Notes: generated from the letters alone by a model not told the origin. DNA of 64,000 nucleotides from an uncultured delta proteobacterium (GCA_963848295.1 CAWKDB010000010.1:768001-832000), one strand, 5' to 3'; numbered from the stretch's first letter, positions 39,387 through 49,149 are shown. Translations and numbers: made by a program.

Positions 39387-41279
39387 CTAACGCGCGAGCG
39401 CGGTGCGGATCAGATCCTTCGGTACGGTCGTCGCCGGCGCGCCTTGCGGGAACCAGCTCGCGAGATCGGCGTCGAGCCCGAGGCCGTGCATGTAGTTGTA
39501 GAGCGCCTTGCGCAGGCCCTCGCCGAGCTGCTCGTGGTTCGTGCCGGTCGGGTCGTCGAACGCGAGGTCGTTGCGCGCGAACGTGATCGCGGGCTCGCGA
39601 TGCAAGCGGATGCCATAGAGCTCGGGCTGCTTGCCGATCGGGCTGTGCGCGGTCGCGGCGAAGCGATGCCAGAACGCCGATTGCACGCAGCCGGCTTCGA
39701 ACAGCTGGCGGACGCGTTCGAGCGAGTCGATCGTCTCCTGCGTGGTCTCGGTCGGAAAGCCGTACATCAAGTACGCGTGGACCATCACGCCGGCGTCGCT
39801 GAACGCGCGCGTGACCCGCGCGACCTGTTCGACCGTGACGCCCTTATCGATCAGGGCGAGCAGGCGATCCGAGGCGACCTCGAGGCCGCCGCTCACCGCG
39901 ACGCAGCCGGAGCGCGCGAGCAACGCCGCGAGCTCGGGCGTGAACGTCTTCTCGAACCGGATGTTGCCCCACCACGTGATCACGACGCCGCGCGCGATCA
40001 GCCGCTCGGCGAGCGAGCGCAACCCGGCGGGCGGCGCCGCTTCGTCGACGAAGTGAAACCCGGTCTGCCCGGTCTCCGCGACGATCGCCTCGATCCGATC
40101 GACGAGCAGGTCGGCGTGCACCGGATCGTAGCGCGCGATGTAATCGAGCGTGACGTCGCAGAACGTGCACTTCTTCCAGTAACAGCCGTGCGCGATCGTG
40201 AGCTTGTTCCACCGGCCGTCGGACCACAGCCGATGCATCGGGTTCAGCATCTCGAATAAGTTCAGGTAGCGGTCAAGCTGTAGCCCAGCGTAGGTCGGCG
40301 TTCCGGCGTCGCGCAGCGGCACGTCGTGAGCGGCGTCGTCGGTGCGTAGCTCGACGCGATCGCCGGCGCGCACGAACGTGCGAAACAACGGCTTGGCTGG
40401 ATCGCGCAGGTGATCGATCAACGCGAGCAGCGGCCGCTCCCCGTCGTCGAGCGTGATGTAGTCGACGTAGTCGAACACGCGCGGATCGGAGAGCTCGCGT
40501 AGCTCGGTGTTCACGAACCCGCCGCCGATCGCGATCCGGACGTGCGACGCCACCGCCTTGATCGCGCGCGCGATGCGGAACGCTCCGTAGACGTTGCCGG
40601 GAAACGGCACGGTCAGGCCGACGAGCTCCGGCTCGTGCTCGGCGTAGAGCTCGCGCGCGATCTCGTCGAGCGTTCCGTCGACGATCGTCGGCTCGCCTTC
40701 GAGCTCGTCGTGCAGCGCGTCGAACGTCGGCGCGCTCGCGGCCAGGTGCTCGCCGTAACGCGACAGCTCGAAGTGCGGCTGGATCCCTTCGCGCACGACG
40801 TCGGCGAGATCGTCGATGTACAGGCTCGCGAGGTGCTTCGCGCGGTCCGCGACGCCGAGCGCGCCGAACGCCCAGCCGAGCGGATCCGCGGCGCCGCGCG
40901 CGATCGCCGCGAACCGCGGGCCTTCGGGCAAGAACGCTCGCGTCGCGATCCGCATCGCGATCGCCGGGTCGCGCCCCTGCAAGAACGCGACGACCGCGTC
41001 GATCGTCTCGACGTAGCGCGCGGCATTCGGCAAGAAGCTCGCGATCGATTGCGGCGGCGCTTCGTCGACGTCGTCGGCGCGCTCCGCGAGCTCGGCCGCG
41101 ATCGCTTCGATCCCTTCGCGCGAGAACACGCGCAGGAACAGCTCGATCGCCGGATCGGCCTGGCGGACGTCGAGCCCGCGCGCCTCGGCGTGCTGGCGCA
41201 GGAACCCGGTCAAGTACGCCGTCGCGGGATACGGCGTGTTGAGCTGCGTCATCGGCGGCGTGAGGAGAAGGATGCGCAA
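39387..41279 (-). CDS. B12-binding domain radical SAM protein
   Basis: PPMTQLNTPYPATAYL, GCYWKKCTFC (CxxxCxxC), FHFVDEAAPP, HAYLMYGFP. Confidence 0.9.
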   Translation of the reverse strand: MRILLLTPPMTQLNTPYPATAYLTGFLRQHAEARGLDVRQADPAIELFLRVFSREGIEAIAAELAERADDVDEAPPQSIASFLPNAARYVETIDAVVAFLQGRDPAIAMRIATRAFLPEGPRFAAIARGAADPLGWAFGALGVADRAKHLASLYIDDLADVVREGIQPHFELSRYGEHLAASAPTFDALHDELEGEPTIVDGTLDEIARELYAEHEPELVGLTVPFPGNVYGAFRIARAIKAVASHVRIAIGGGFVNTELRELSDPRVFDYVDYITLDDGERPLLALIDHLRDPAKPLFRTFVRAGDRVELRTDDAAHDVPLRDAGTPTYAGLQLDRYLNLFEMLNPMHRLWSDGRWNKLTIAHGCYWKKCTFCDVTLDYIARYDPVHADLLVDRIEAIVAETGQTGFHFVDEAAPPAGLRSLAERLIARGVVITWWGNIRFEKTFTPELAALLARSGCVAVSGGLEVASDRLLALIDKGVTVEQVARVTRAFSDAGVMVHAYLMYGFPTETTQETIDSLERVRQLFEAGCVQSAFWHRFAATAHSPIGKQPELYGIRLHREPAITFARNDLAFDDPTGTNHEQLGEGLRKALYNYMHGLGLDADLASWFPQGAPATTVPKDLIRTALAR

Positions 41280-41319
41280 CGCGGGTCCATCGTAGCTGGC
41301 TGAGGTACGGTCGGCCACG

Positions 41320-42153
41320 ATGCGGCTCAACAAGTACCTCGGCGAGAGCGGCCGATGGTCGCGGCGCGAGGCCGACACCCTGATCGAACAAGGCCGGGTC
41401 ACGCTCAACGGTGCACCGGCCCCGCTCGGCGCTCAGGTCAACCCCGGTGACGAGGTCAAGGTCGACGGCGACCTCGTCGGCGGCGCGCGCAAGCTCGAGC
41501 GCCCGGTCTACATCGTGCTCAACAAACCGGTCGGCGTGACCTGCACGACCGAGCGTCACGTCGAAGGCAACATCATCGACTTCGTCGACCACCCCGAGCG
41601 GATCTTCCCGATCGGCCGGCTCGACAAGGACTCCGAAGGCCTGATCCTGCTGACGAACGACGGCGACATCGTCAACGAGGTCCTGCGGTCCGAGCACGAC
41701 CACGACAAGGAGTACGTCGTCGCGGTCGATCGCGGACTCGACGCAGACTTTGCCTCGAAGATGGCCAACGGCGTGCGGCTGTCGGAGGGCACGACGAAGC
41801 GCTGCAAGGTCGTGGTCCACGGCCCCAAGACGTTCACGATCGTGCTGACCCAAGGATGGAATCGTCAGATCCGCCGGATGTGCGAAGCGTTCGGCTATCA
41901 GGTCGTGGCGCTCGAGCGCGTGCGGTTCATGAACGTCGTGCTCGGCAACCTCGCGATCGGCCGATGGCGCAACCTCACGCCGCAAGAGCTCGCAGGGCTG
42001 AAATCCGCGGCGCCGCCTCGCAAGCCCGGAGCACAGCCTCCGAATCCCGGACACGCTCGTCCGAATCCCGGACACGCTCGTCCGAATCCCGGACACGCTC
42101 GTCCGAGTCCCGGCAGTCATCGCGGTCGCAGCGGGCGGCGCGGCGGGCGCTGA
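41320..42153 (+). CDS. rluF: 23S rRNA pseudouridine synthase (RluF/RsuA family) with S4 domain
   Basis: MRLNKYL...SRREAD, LNKPVGV, IGRLDKDSEGL, QGWNRQIRRM. Confidence 0.85.
   Translation: MRLNKYLGESGRWSRREADTLIEQGRVTLNGAPAPLGAQVNPGDEVKVDGDLVGGARKLERPVYIVLNKPVGVTCTTERHVEGNIIDFVDHPERIFPIGRLDKDSEGLILLTNDGDIVNEVLRSEHDHDKEYVVAVDRGLDADFASKMANGVRLSEGTTKRCKVVVHGPKTFTIVLTQGWNRQIRRMCEAFGYQVVALERVRFMNVVLGNLAIGRWRNLTPQELAGLKSAAPPRKPGAQPPNPGHARPNPGHARPNPGHARPSPGSHRGRSGRRGGR
42040..42113 (+). repeat. 21-bp coding tandem repeat (3 perfect copies + 1 partial; PNPGHAR)
   Basis: ccgaatcccggacacgctcgt at 42040, 42061 and 42082. Confidence 0.95.
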
Positions 42154-42372
42154 GTACGCGTTCGCGGCAAGCCTACACCGGCCGACACGACAGGCCGGCG
42201 GTTACGATCGGGGTAACCAGTTTCTGCGATTCTTTACCCCGCTTCGGATAGCGATCGGGTGTTCTCGACGAGGAATCGCGGATGGTCATCGACGTTCATC
42301 GTTCGCGATGTGCGACGTGCGCCGCTCGTGGCGCACCTAGCTTCGCCGTCCCAGATCAGTACATTGGATCCA

Positions 42373-44172
42373 GTGAAGCTTCACGCTGTAATCGTTGTCG
42401 CTGCGTCGTGCATCCTCGGCTGTGGCAGTCACCAAGCCGACAATTCTTCTCCGGATGCCGGCATCGTGCTCGACGACGCCGCGGTCGATGCGCCCGGTGG
42501 CCCGACGTGCGGCAACGGCAAGCTCGATCCGGGCGAGACCTGCGACGACGGCAACACCACGTCGGGCGACGGCTGCTCGTCCAATTGCTCGATCGAGACC
42601 GGCTTCGCATGCGGTGAGCCCGGCACGTTGTGCTTGTCGACCCACACCTGCGGCAACGGCATCGTCGAGGATCTCGAGGGCTGCGACGATCACAACACGA
42701 CGAGCGGTGACGGCTGCAGCTCGAGCTGCCAGCTCGAAGCCGGTTGGACGTGTCCGGTCCCCGGCATTCGGTGCTCGGCCGCGAGCTGCGGCGATGGCAT
42801 CGTCGCCGGGTTCGAAGAGTGCGACTTGGGCGCGGCCAACGGCACGGGCGCCGGCTGCACCGCCGACTGCAAGATCCAACAAGGCTGGGACTGCCCGCCG
42901 ATGACGACGTGCTCGCAGACCACGTGCGGCGACGGGGTGGTGCAGGGCTTCCCGTACGGCACCGAAGAGTGCGACGACGGCAACGACGACCTCGGCGACG
43001 GCTGCGACCCGCTGTGTCAGCGCGAGCCGATCTGCGCGACCGACGGCACGTGCACCGCGGTGTGCGGCGACGGCGTGCTGCAAGCCGGCGAGCTGTGCGA
43101 CGACGGCAACCTCGAAAACTTCGACGGCTGCTCGAGCACGTGCATGCCGGAGACCGGCTTCACGTGCACGCCGGTCACCGATGGCGAGCCGGCGACGTTG
43201 GCGGTCACGATCGTCTACCGCGACTTCATCGGCGACGACATCGCAGGTGGCTTTGTCGACTTCGAGAACAAGAACGGCGCGGAGAGCGGCCTGCTCGGCC
43301 CGCTGTACACGTCGACGCTGGATAGCGATGGCAAGCCGGTCCTGACGAAGGCGAACCCGAGCACGGTGAGCAGCTCCGCGACGTTCGCCGAATGGTATCG
43401 CGACGAGCCGGGCACGAACCTCACGATCCCGTCGACCCTCACGCTGACCGATCAGGGCTCGAACACGTACCTGTTCGATAGCCAGGCGTTCTTCCCGCTC
43501 GACAACCTCGGCTGGGTCGCGCTCGGCGACGAGCCCGCGCGCGACGGCGGCCACAACTTCAGCTTCACCTCGGAGCTCGCGTACTGGTTCACCTGGAGCG
43601 GCACGGCGAACGAGAAGCTGACGTTCCGCGGCGACGACGACGTCTTCGTGTTCATCAACGGCCGGCTCGCCGTCGACCTCGGCGGCGTGCACAGCGCGGA
43701 GACCGGCTCGGTCACGCTCGACGCCGCGACCGGCGCGAAGCTCGGGATGGTCGCGGGCGGCACCTACCAGGTCGATGTGTTCCAGGCCGAGCGCCACACG
43801 AGCGGGTCGTCGTATCAGCTCACGCTGGAGGGCTTCAACGCGCCACATAGCCAGTGCGTGTCGACGTGCGGCGATGGCATCACCTCGTCGCAAGAGGCGT
43901 GCGACGACGGCACGAACGACGGTAGCTACGGCTCGTGCACGCCGGATTGCCTCGGCTTCGGCCCGCGTTGCGGCGACGGCATCGTGCAGCCCGATCACGA
44001 ACAATGCGACGACGGCACGAACACCGGCGGTTACAACCACTGCAATCCGAACTGCACGCTCGGCCCGCGCTGTGGCGACGGCATCGTCCAGACCGCCGAT
44101 GGCGAGGCCTGCGACGACGGCAACGACGATCCGAACGACGGCTGCGACAACTGCCAGGTCGTGATCCAGTAG
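42373..44172 (+). CDS. Lipoprotein with Myxococcus Cys-rich repeats (DUF4215-like) and fibro-slime/PA14-like domain
   Basis: ILGC lipobox; many CGNG...E.CDDGN...GDGC repeats; HNFSFTSE, F.GDDDVFVFING.L.VDLGGVH, QAERH. Confidence 0.92.
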   Translation: MKLHAVIVVAASCILGCGSHQADNSSPDAGIVLDDAAVDAPGGPTCGNGKLDPGETCDDGNTTSGDGCSSNCSIETGFACGEPGTLCLSTHTCGNGIVEDLEGCDDHNTTSGDGCSSSCQLEAGWTCPVPGIRCSAASCGDGIVAGFEECDLGAANGTGAGCTADCKIQQGWDCPPMTTCSQTTCGDGVVQGFPYGTEECDDGNDDLGDGCDPLCQREPICATDGTCTAVCGDGVLQAGELCDDGNLENFDGCSSTCMPETGFTCTPVTDGEPATLAVTIVYRDFIGDDIAGGFVDFENKNGAESGLLGPLYTSTLDSDGKPVLTKANPSTVSSSATFAEWYRDEPGTNLTIPSTLTLTDQGSNTYLFDSQAFFPLDNLGWVALGDEPARDGGHNFSFTSELAYWFTWSGTANEKLTFRGDDDVFVFINGRLAVDLGGVHSAETGSVTLDAATGAKLGMVAGGTYQVDVFQAERHTSGSSYQLTLEGFNAPHSQCVSTCGDGITSSQEACDDGTNDGSYGSCTPDCLGFGPRCGDGIVQPDHEQCDDGTNTGGYNHCNPNCTLGPRCGDGIVQTADGEACDDGNDDPNDGCDNCQVVIQ

Positions 44173-44207
44173 CTCGCCAGATCCCCGCTTCTCGGCGGTG
44201 TGCGGTC

Positions 44208-44486
44208 CTACACCGCCGGGCGCCCACGCCCCGGTCCGTACGAGCGGTGCAGGAGGTGGATCACGACGAGCAAGATCACCGCGCCGATGAAGGCGACGAA
44301 GATCGTCCCGCCCAAACCACCGAACGGCACGCTCCAGCCGGCGCGCTGGAACACATACCCGCCGATAAACGCCCCGGCGACGCCTACGACGAGGTCACCG
44401 AGTAGCCCGTAGCCGGCTCCTCCGACGACGAGCGACGCGAGAACTCCCGATACTAATCCGACGACGAGCCATGTGATGAGGTCCAT
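44208..44486 (-). CDS. GlsB/YeaQ/YmgE family (transglycosylase-associated) membrane protein
   Basis: WLVVGLVSG.LAS, LVVGVAGAFIGG, AFIGAVILL. Confidence 0.92.
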   Translation of the reverse strand: MDLITWLVVGLVSGVLASLVVGGAGYGLLGDLVVGVAGAFIGGYVFQRAGWSVPFGGLGGTIFVAFIGAVILLVVIHLLHRSYGPGRGRPAV

Positions 44487-44498
44487 GACCCGTTCAAA

Positions 44499-44514
44499 AG
44501 CACGTCACGTGCCA
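44499..44514 (-). promoter_or_regulatory. Sigma-54 promoter candidate
   Basis: TGGCACGTGACGTGCT; 13 nt from GC to ATG44486. Confidence 0.65.
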
Positions 44515-44521
44515 GGTCTTG

Positions 44522-45913
44522 CTAGTGCTTGACGGGAACGCGCGCCGCGCCGAGGTGCTGCCACGTATCGCGGCTTGGCAGCTTGCGCGAGATGACCGAC
44601 AGGGTCGGTGGCGCGACCGCGATGCCACCGACGTGCGACTGCTCGGCGATCTGCGCCGGCAGCTCGAACAGCGGCGAGACGATCGGGTCGCCGGCCGGGT
44701 CGATCAACGCGAGTTGCTCGCCGACGAGGCCGTCGGCGTTGATTTCACCGTACGTGCCGTTGTCGACGACGGCGAGCAGGTTCGTACCGAAGTACGCCAT
44801 CGACTCGACCGGTGCGCCAATCGGCCAGTCGAGCGTGGCGACCGAGGTGAGCGCGCCGGTGCCGGTGTCGACGCTGTCGAGCGCGCCCGTTGTGGTGAAT
44901 ACCGAGTCCGTATCTGCACCCGCGCCATTCGCCGCGACGAACACGTTGCCGCCGCCGTCGACTGCGAGGGCGCCCCAAGGGAACGCATCCGTTTGCGCCG
45001 TACCCGCCAGCGTGAGTGCGCCGCTGCCCTGGTCGATCGTGACGAGTGATTGCTTCGTCAAGGTCGTGGTCTGTGCCCAGCCGTAGAGCGTCGTGCCGCT
45101 GAACGACAGACCGCTCACGACATAGTTCGTCGCGCCGTGCTTGGTGTTACCGAGGACCGTGACCGAGCCGTCGACCAAGCTGATCGTGACGAGCTGCGAT
45201 ACTCCCGTCTCGGGGTCGTCGGCGGGCGAAGTGCCGGTCGTGACCGCGAACAACGTGCCGTCCGCCGCGAACGCGAGGCCGGCGATGCCGTAGCCGGTCA
45301 TGCCGTCATCCTCGAGCAGCGGGCCGAGATCGAGCGAGAGCTCGGCGAGCGGGTCGATGACATAGAGATCGCCGCCGGCGCCGAACGAGCCGCCGCCATC
45401 GCCATCGGCCGCGAAGATCGCGTCGTACACGAACGGTGTGCTCGCGGAGCCGAGGTTCGTGGTGACCGTGACGTCGACGCCGACGCTCAGCGAGCAGTCG
45501 GGCGGAATCTCGCCCGCGATCGTCGTGGCCGTCGCCGCGCCCACGGTCGCTTGGCAGTCCATGTCCGTGGTGTCGCCGAAGTAGACGGTGAGGCCCGTGA
45601 CGTCGGCGCCCGCGAACCCGGTCCCGGTGATCGTGAACAGATCGAACCCGGTGAAGCCGGCGTCCGTCGGGTCCATCATCGTGATCGTCGGCGCGGCCGA
45701 AGCCGCCGGTCCGTCCGGCACGCAGGTCATCCCGTCGGTGTCGAGGTGCGTGCCGGTGCCGCAGACATCGCCGCTGCCGCCGCTGCCGCTGCCGGCTTCG
45801 CAGGTGTCGCCGACGAGCGTCGTGCCGGTACCGCAGGTGACGTCAGAGCCATTGCCGCTACTTCCGCAGCCGGTGGCCGCGACGATTCCAGTGAGGACGA
45901 GCCAATTGCGCAT
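44522..45913 (-). CDS. Lipoprotein with IPT/TIG domain and beta-propeller-like C-terminus
   Basis: ATGC lipobox; CGTGT repeats; PTIT...P...G....TITGTGF; GLAF..DGTL repeats. Confidence 0.8.
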   Translation of the reverse strand: MRNWLVLTGIVAATGCGSSGNGSDVTCGTGTTLVGDTCEAGSGSGGSGDVCGTGTHLDTDGMTCVPDGPAASAAPTITMMDPTDAGFTGFDLFTITGTGFAGADVTGLTVYFGDTTDMDCQATVGAATATTIAGEIPPDCSLSVGVDVTVTTNLGSASTPFVYDAIFAADGDGGGSFGAGGDLYVIDPLAELSLDLGPLLEDDGMTGYGIAGLAFAADGTLFAVTTGTSPADDPETGVSQLVTISLVDGSVTVLGNTKHGATNYVVSGLSFSGTTLYGWAQTTTLTKQSLVTIDQGSGALTLAGTAQTDAFPWGALAVDGGGNVFVAANGAGADTDSVFTTTGALDSVDTGTGALTSVATLDWPIGAPVESMAYFGTNLLAVVDNGTYGEINADGLVGEQLALIDPAGDPIVSPLFELPAQIAEQSHVGGIAVAPPTLSVISRKLPSRDTWQHLGAARVPVKH

Positions 45914-46044
45914 TTGCGCGATGTGTTGCACGAATGGCCGGTGGACTGCAAGAGGACATCTTGTCCTCCGCCGTCGACGAATCACGACCCGCCCGAAGTG
46001 GCGCCGGCTCGTCGTCTGGCCGGCAGGCGCGCTAAGGTCCGCGC

Positions 46045-46749
46045 ATGACGAAACGACCGGTTTGTGTCGTAGTAGGCGTCGGCCCCGGCAACGGCGCGGC
46101 GTTCGCGCGGCGGTTCGACCGCGACGGCTATGCGGTAGCCCTGCTCGCCCGCAACGATGCGTTCGGCAAAGAGCTCGCGGCCAGCCTCACCCAGGGGAAG
46201 GCGTGGGCGTGCGATGTCGGCGACGCCGCCGCGGTGGAGCGCGTGTTCGGCGCGATCCGCGGCGAGCTCGGCGATCCGGCGGTCGTCGTCTACAACGCCG
46301 GCTCGGGCACGTTCGGCACGTTCGACGACGTCTCGGCCGCCGATCTCGAGGCGAGCTGGCGGGTCAACACGCTCGGCGCGTTCCTCGTCGCGAAGCAAGT
46401 GACGCCGGCGATGAAGCGCGCCGGCACCGGGAGCTTCCTCATCATCGGGGCGACCGCATCGCGGCGCGGCGGCGCGAAGACCGCGGCGTTCGCTCAGGCG
46501 AAGGCGGCGCAACGCTCGCTCGCGGAGTCGCTCGCGCGCCATCTCTGGCCCGCCGGCGTGCACGTCGCGGTGATCGTGATCGACGGCGTCGTCGATCTAC
46601 CGCGGACGCGCGCTCGCATGCCGGATAAGCCGGCGACGTTCTTCGTCGAGCCCGAAGCGGTCGCCGCGACGGCGGCGTTTCTCGCGGCACAACCGCGGTC
46701 GGCGTGGACGTTCGAGCTCGAAGCGCGCCCGTTCGGCGAGACCTGGTAG
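46045..46749 (+). CDS. Short-chain dehydrogenase/reductase
   Basis: GVGPGNG, YNAG, GATASRRG, FAQAKAAQR, IDGVV. Confidence 0.92.
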   Translation: MTKRPVCVVVGVGPGNGAAFARRFDRDGYAVALLARNDAFGKELAASLTQGKAWACDVGDAAAVERVFGAIRGELGDPAVVVYNAGSGTFGTFDDVSAADLEASWRVNTLGAFLVAKQVTPAMKRAGTGSFLIIGATASRRGGAKTAAFAQAKAAQRSLAESLARHLWPAGVHVAVIVIDGVVDLPRTRARMPDKPATFFVEPEAVAATAAFLAAQPRSAWTFELEARPFGETW

Positions 46750-46824
46750 GCAGCGGCGCACCACCGAGCGCGAGCGCGCAGGCGCGAGGCTGCGATCTGC
46801 GCGAATTGCCCCCGTCCATCCGCA

Positions 46825-46840
46825 TGGTCCGGTGCTTGCT
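46825..46840 (+). promoter_or_regulatory. Sigma-54 promoter candidate
   Basis: TGGTCCGGTGCTTGCT (GG-N10-GC); 14 nt from GC to ATG46854. Confidence 0.5.
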
Positions 46841-46853
46841 GATGGATCGCGGC

Positions 46854-47604
46854 ATGAAGAGCTTAGCCTTGTTAGGTCTGTCTCTCGTCCCGTCGGTCGC
46901 GTGCTCGACTACCGGCGATCACACCGCGACCCAAGCCGAGTACGACGACGTCGCACAGCAGCTAGCTAGCGAGCACGACGGCACCGGGCGCCGGCGGCGG
47001 CGAGATCGGATCGATGTCCGACGCGATGACGCTCGCGCTCGGTGGCTCGCTCCCGGGCTTCACGCTCGACGGCAGCGGCATGCTCACCGGCATGCACGGC
47101 GGCTTGACGTACAGCTACGGCATCACGTGCAAGGACGCGAGCGGCGCGATGCTCCCGGCGTGCACCTCGCTGACCGACTCCGCGGATCTCGACCTGATGT
47201 GGTCCGGCACGCTCGCGCTGCCGAACTTCACCGCGTCGGTCGCGCGCGGCGGCGACTGGTCGCTCACCGGGTTGCAGACGAGCCAGGCCAGGATCGCGGG
47301 GAGCGGTAACTTCACGTTCGACGCGAGCGTGACCTCGATCTTCCGCGCGAGCACGTCGAGCTATCACCTCAGCTACGACGCGATGTACGACGCCGTGCTG
47401 ATCGACACCGCGACCAAGCTCGCGGTCGGCGGCGACGTGATGTACGCGATCGATGGCCAGCACACGAGCGGGGGCTCGAGCTCGCAGCTCTCGATCGATG
47501 CCGAGCTCGCGTTCCACGCCGACGGCACGGCGACGCTGACCCTCGACGGCAGCCACGAGTACGCGCTCGATCTCGCGACCGGCGTGGTCGTCAAAGTGAA
47601 GTAG
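46854..47604 (+). pseudogene. Lipoprotein gene frameshifted by a 4-bp CTAG duplication at 46962-46969
   Basis: Removing one CTAG joins MKSLALLGLSLVPSVAC...QQLA to STTAPGAGGGEIGSMSDAMTL..., a single 248-aa ORF. Confidence 0.82.
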
Positions 47605-47757
47605 CGGTACGGGTCAGAGGTCCGCTGGATCATTTCTTTTTTCGCCGGGATCGCAGGGTCGGCAGACCCCCAGGACCGGGGTGAGTTGTCTCAGGTATCT
47701 GGATCCAGTTCCCCCTGATCTCGGGTGGTTGCGCACATGGTGGGGAGGCGTGGGCGG

Positions 47758-47773
47758 CGGCACACCCGTTGCT
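47758..47773 (+). promoter_or_regulatory. Sigma-54 promoter candidate
   Basis: CGGCACACCCGTTGCT; 13 nt from GC to ATG47786. Confidence 0.65.
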
Positions 47774-47785
47774 TTACTCCAGGCC

Positions 47786-48994
47786 ATGGCTCGCCACGTT
47801 ACCCCGATGCTGTTGTCGCTAGGGTTCGCGATCGCCTGCGCCGGTTGCACCGGGTTCATCACGGGCGAGTCGTTCGGCAGCGGTAGTGGCAGCGGCAGCG
47901 ACGACCCGGTCCAAGAGGCCGCCGATCAGTGGAACAACAACGCGTACCCGCTGTTCAACAGCCTGTGCGTGGGTTGCCATAACAACGCGGCGATGATGGC
48001 AACGACCCCGCAGTTCCTCGCCGGGACCGACGCCGCCAGCATGCGCACGACGTTGCTGGGCTTCCCCGGGGGATTCGTCAACCTCACCTCGCCGGCCGAC
48101 AGCTTGGTCGTGACCGAGGGCCCGGCGCACCCCGGCACCACGTGGCCGACCGGCGATCCCGCGATCATCCAGACGTGGGTCGAGGCCGAGCAGGCCGCGG
48201 CGGCGACGACGATGCCCGGCGACGGCACGCTCGAGACCGATCCGATGCCGCTGCAGCTCTGCGTGGTGCCGAGCGGCGGTGACGACTCGGCCTGCCCCAA
48301 GACGACGTTCGACCTGAGCGGGCTCGGTCTGCCGGGCGCGTCGATCACGCTCGTCGCGCAGCAGCTGACACCGACGAGCGGCATCTACATCGACTTCCTC
48401 AGCCTCAACGGCGCCGCGGCAGGCGCGTACATCGAGCATCCGCTGTTCATCGACTCGCCCACCGGCGAGCAAGCCCTCGAGGACGAGTTCGATCAGTTCG
48501 AGACCGTGAAGACCGACGTCGCGCCGTCGACCGCGGCCGCGATCGGGGCCGGTGCGGCCGCGTTCACCGAGTTCGTCCCGACCGACCCGATCGTCATCTC
48601 GTTCAAGGTCGTCATGCCGTACCAGCCTGCGGTGGACATGCCCCCGACCGGCGGCTGCAACGACGTCGCGGACTTCATCACCGACGCGCAGCCGCTGATG
48701 AACTCGGATTGCGCGAGCTGCCATGCCGGCAGCAATGCGAGCGCGACGAACGCCATGAACCTGACCGGGATCAACACCCCGAACAACGCGACCGCGATCG
48801 CGGCGGCGTGTGCACAAGCGCTCAACCACGCGAGCATCACGGCGGGCTCGATCCCCACGAGCCTGATCCTCGTCGAGCCCGATCCGGCGCAGGCCGCGGG
48901 TCACCCGTTCAAGATCACGAACGCCGGCAACCTCACCACGTTCAAGACCGACCTAACGAACTGGCTGACCAAAGAAGCTGCCGCGGCGCCGTGA
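47786..48994 (+). CDS. Lipoprotein with two CxxCH (c-type heme) motifs
   Basis: CAGC lipobox; CVGCH and CASCH, each followed distally by a His (GPAHP, AGHP). Confidence 0.75.
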   Translation: MARHVTPMLLSLGFAIACAGCTGFITGESFGSGSGSGSDDPVQEAADQWNNNAYPLFNSLCVGCHNNAAMMATTPQFLAGTDAASMRTTLLGFPGGFVNLTSPADSLVVTEGPAHPGTTWPTGDPAIIQTWVEAEQAAAATTMPGDGTLETDPMPLQLCVVPSGGDDSACPKTTFDLSGLGLPGASITLVAQQLTPTSGIYIDFLSLNGAAAGAYIEHPLFIDSPTGEQALEDEFDQFETVKTDVAPSTAAAIGAGAAAFTEFVPTDPIVISFKVVMPYQPAVDMPPTGGCNDVADFITDAQPLMNSDCASCHAGSNASATNAMNLTGINTPNNATAIAAACAQALNHASITAGSIPTSLILVEPDPAQAAGHPFKITNAGNLTTFKTDLTNWLTKEAAAAP

Positions 48995-49149
48995 TCACCG
49001 CCGCGGGGCGTGGTTGCGAGTCTCCGCGCCCAAAGGCCGCGACTGGCGCGATCGTGCGTTCGCGGTGCACATCCTGCGACGGCTCCGCTCGATGCGGCGA
49101 ATGCCGGGGCTGTGAAGCGCGAGCCGGCTCGCTGGAGTAGGCTGCGCCC

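Noticed and set aside
42040..42113. Direct repeats as a CRISPR array
   Set aside because: No spacers, length is a multiple of 3, inside a CDS, and no cas genes nearby.
45914..45950. Sigma-54 promoter upstream of 45913(-)
   Set aside because: GG-to-GC spacing is 8 nt, not 10.
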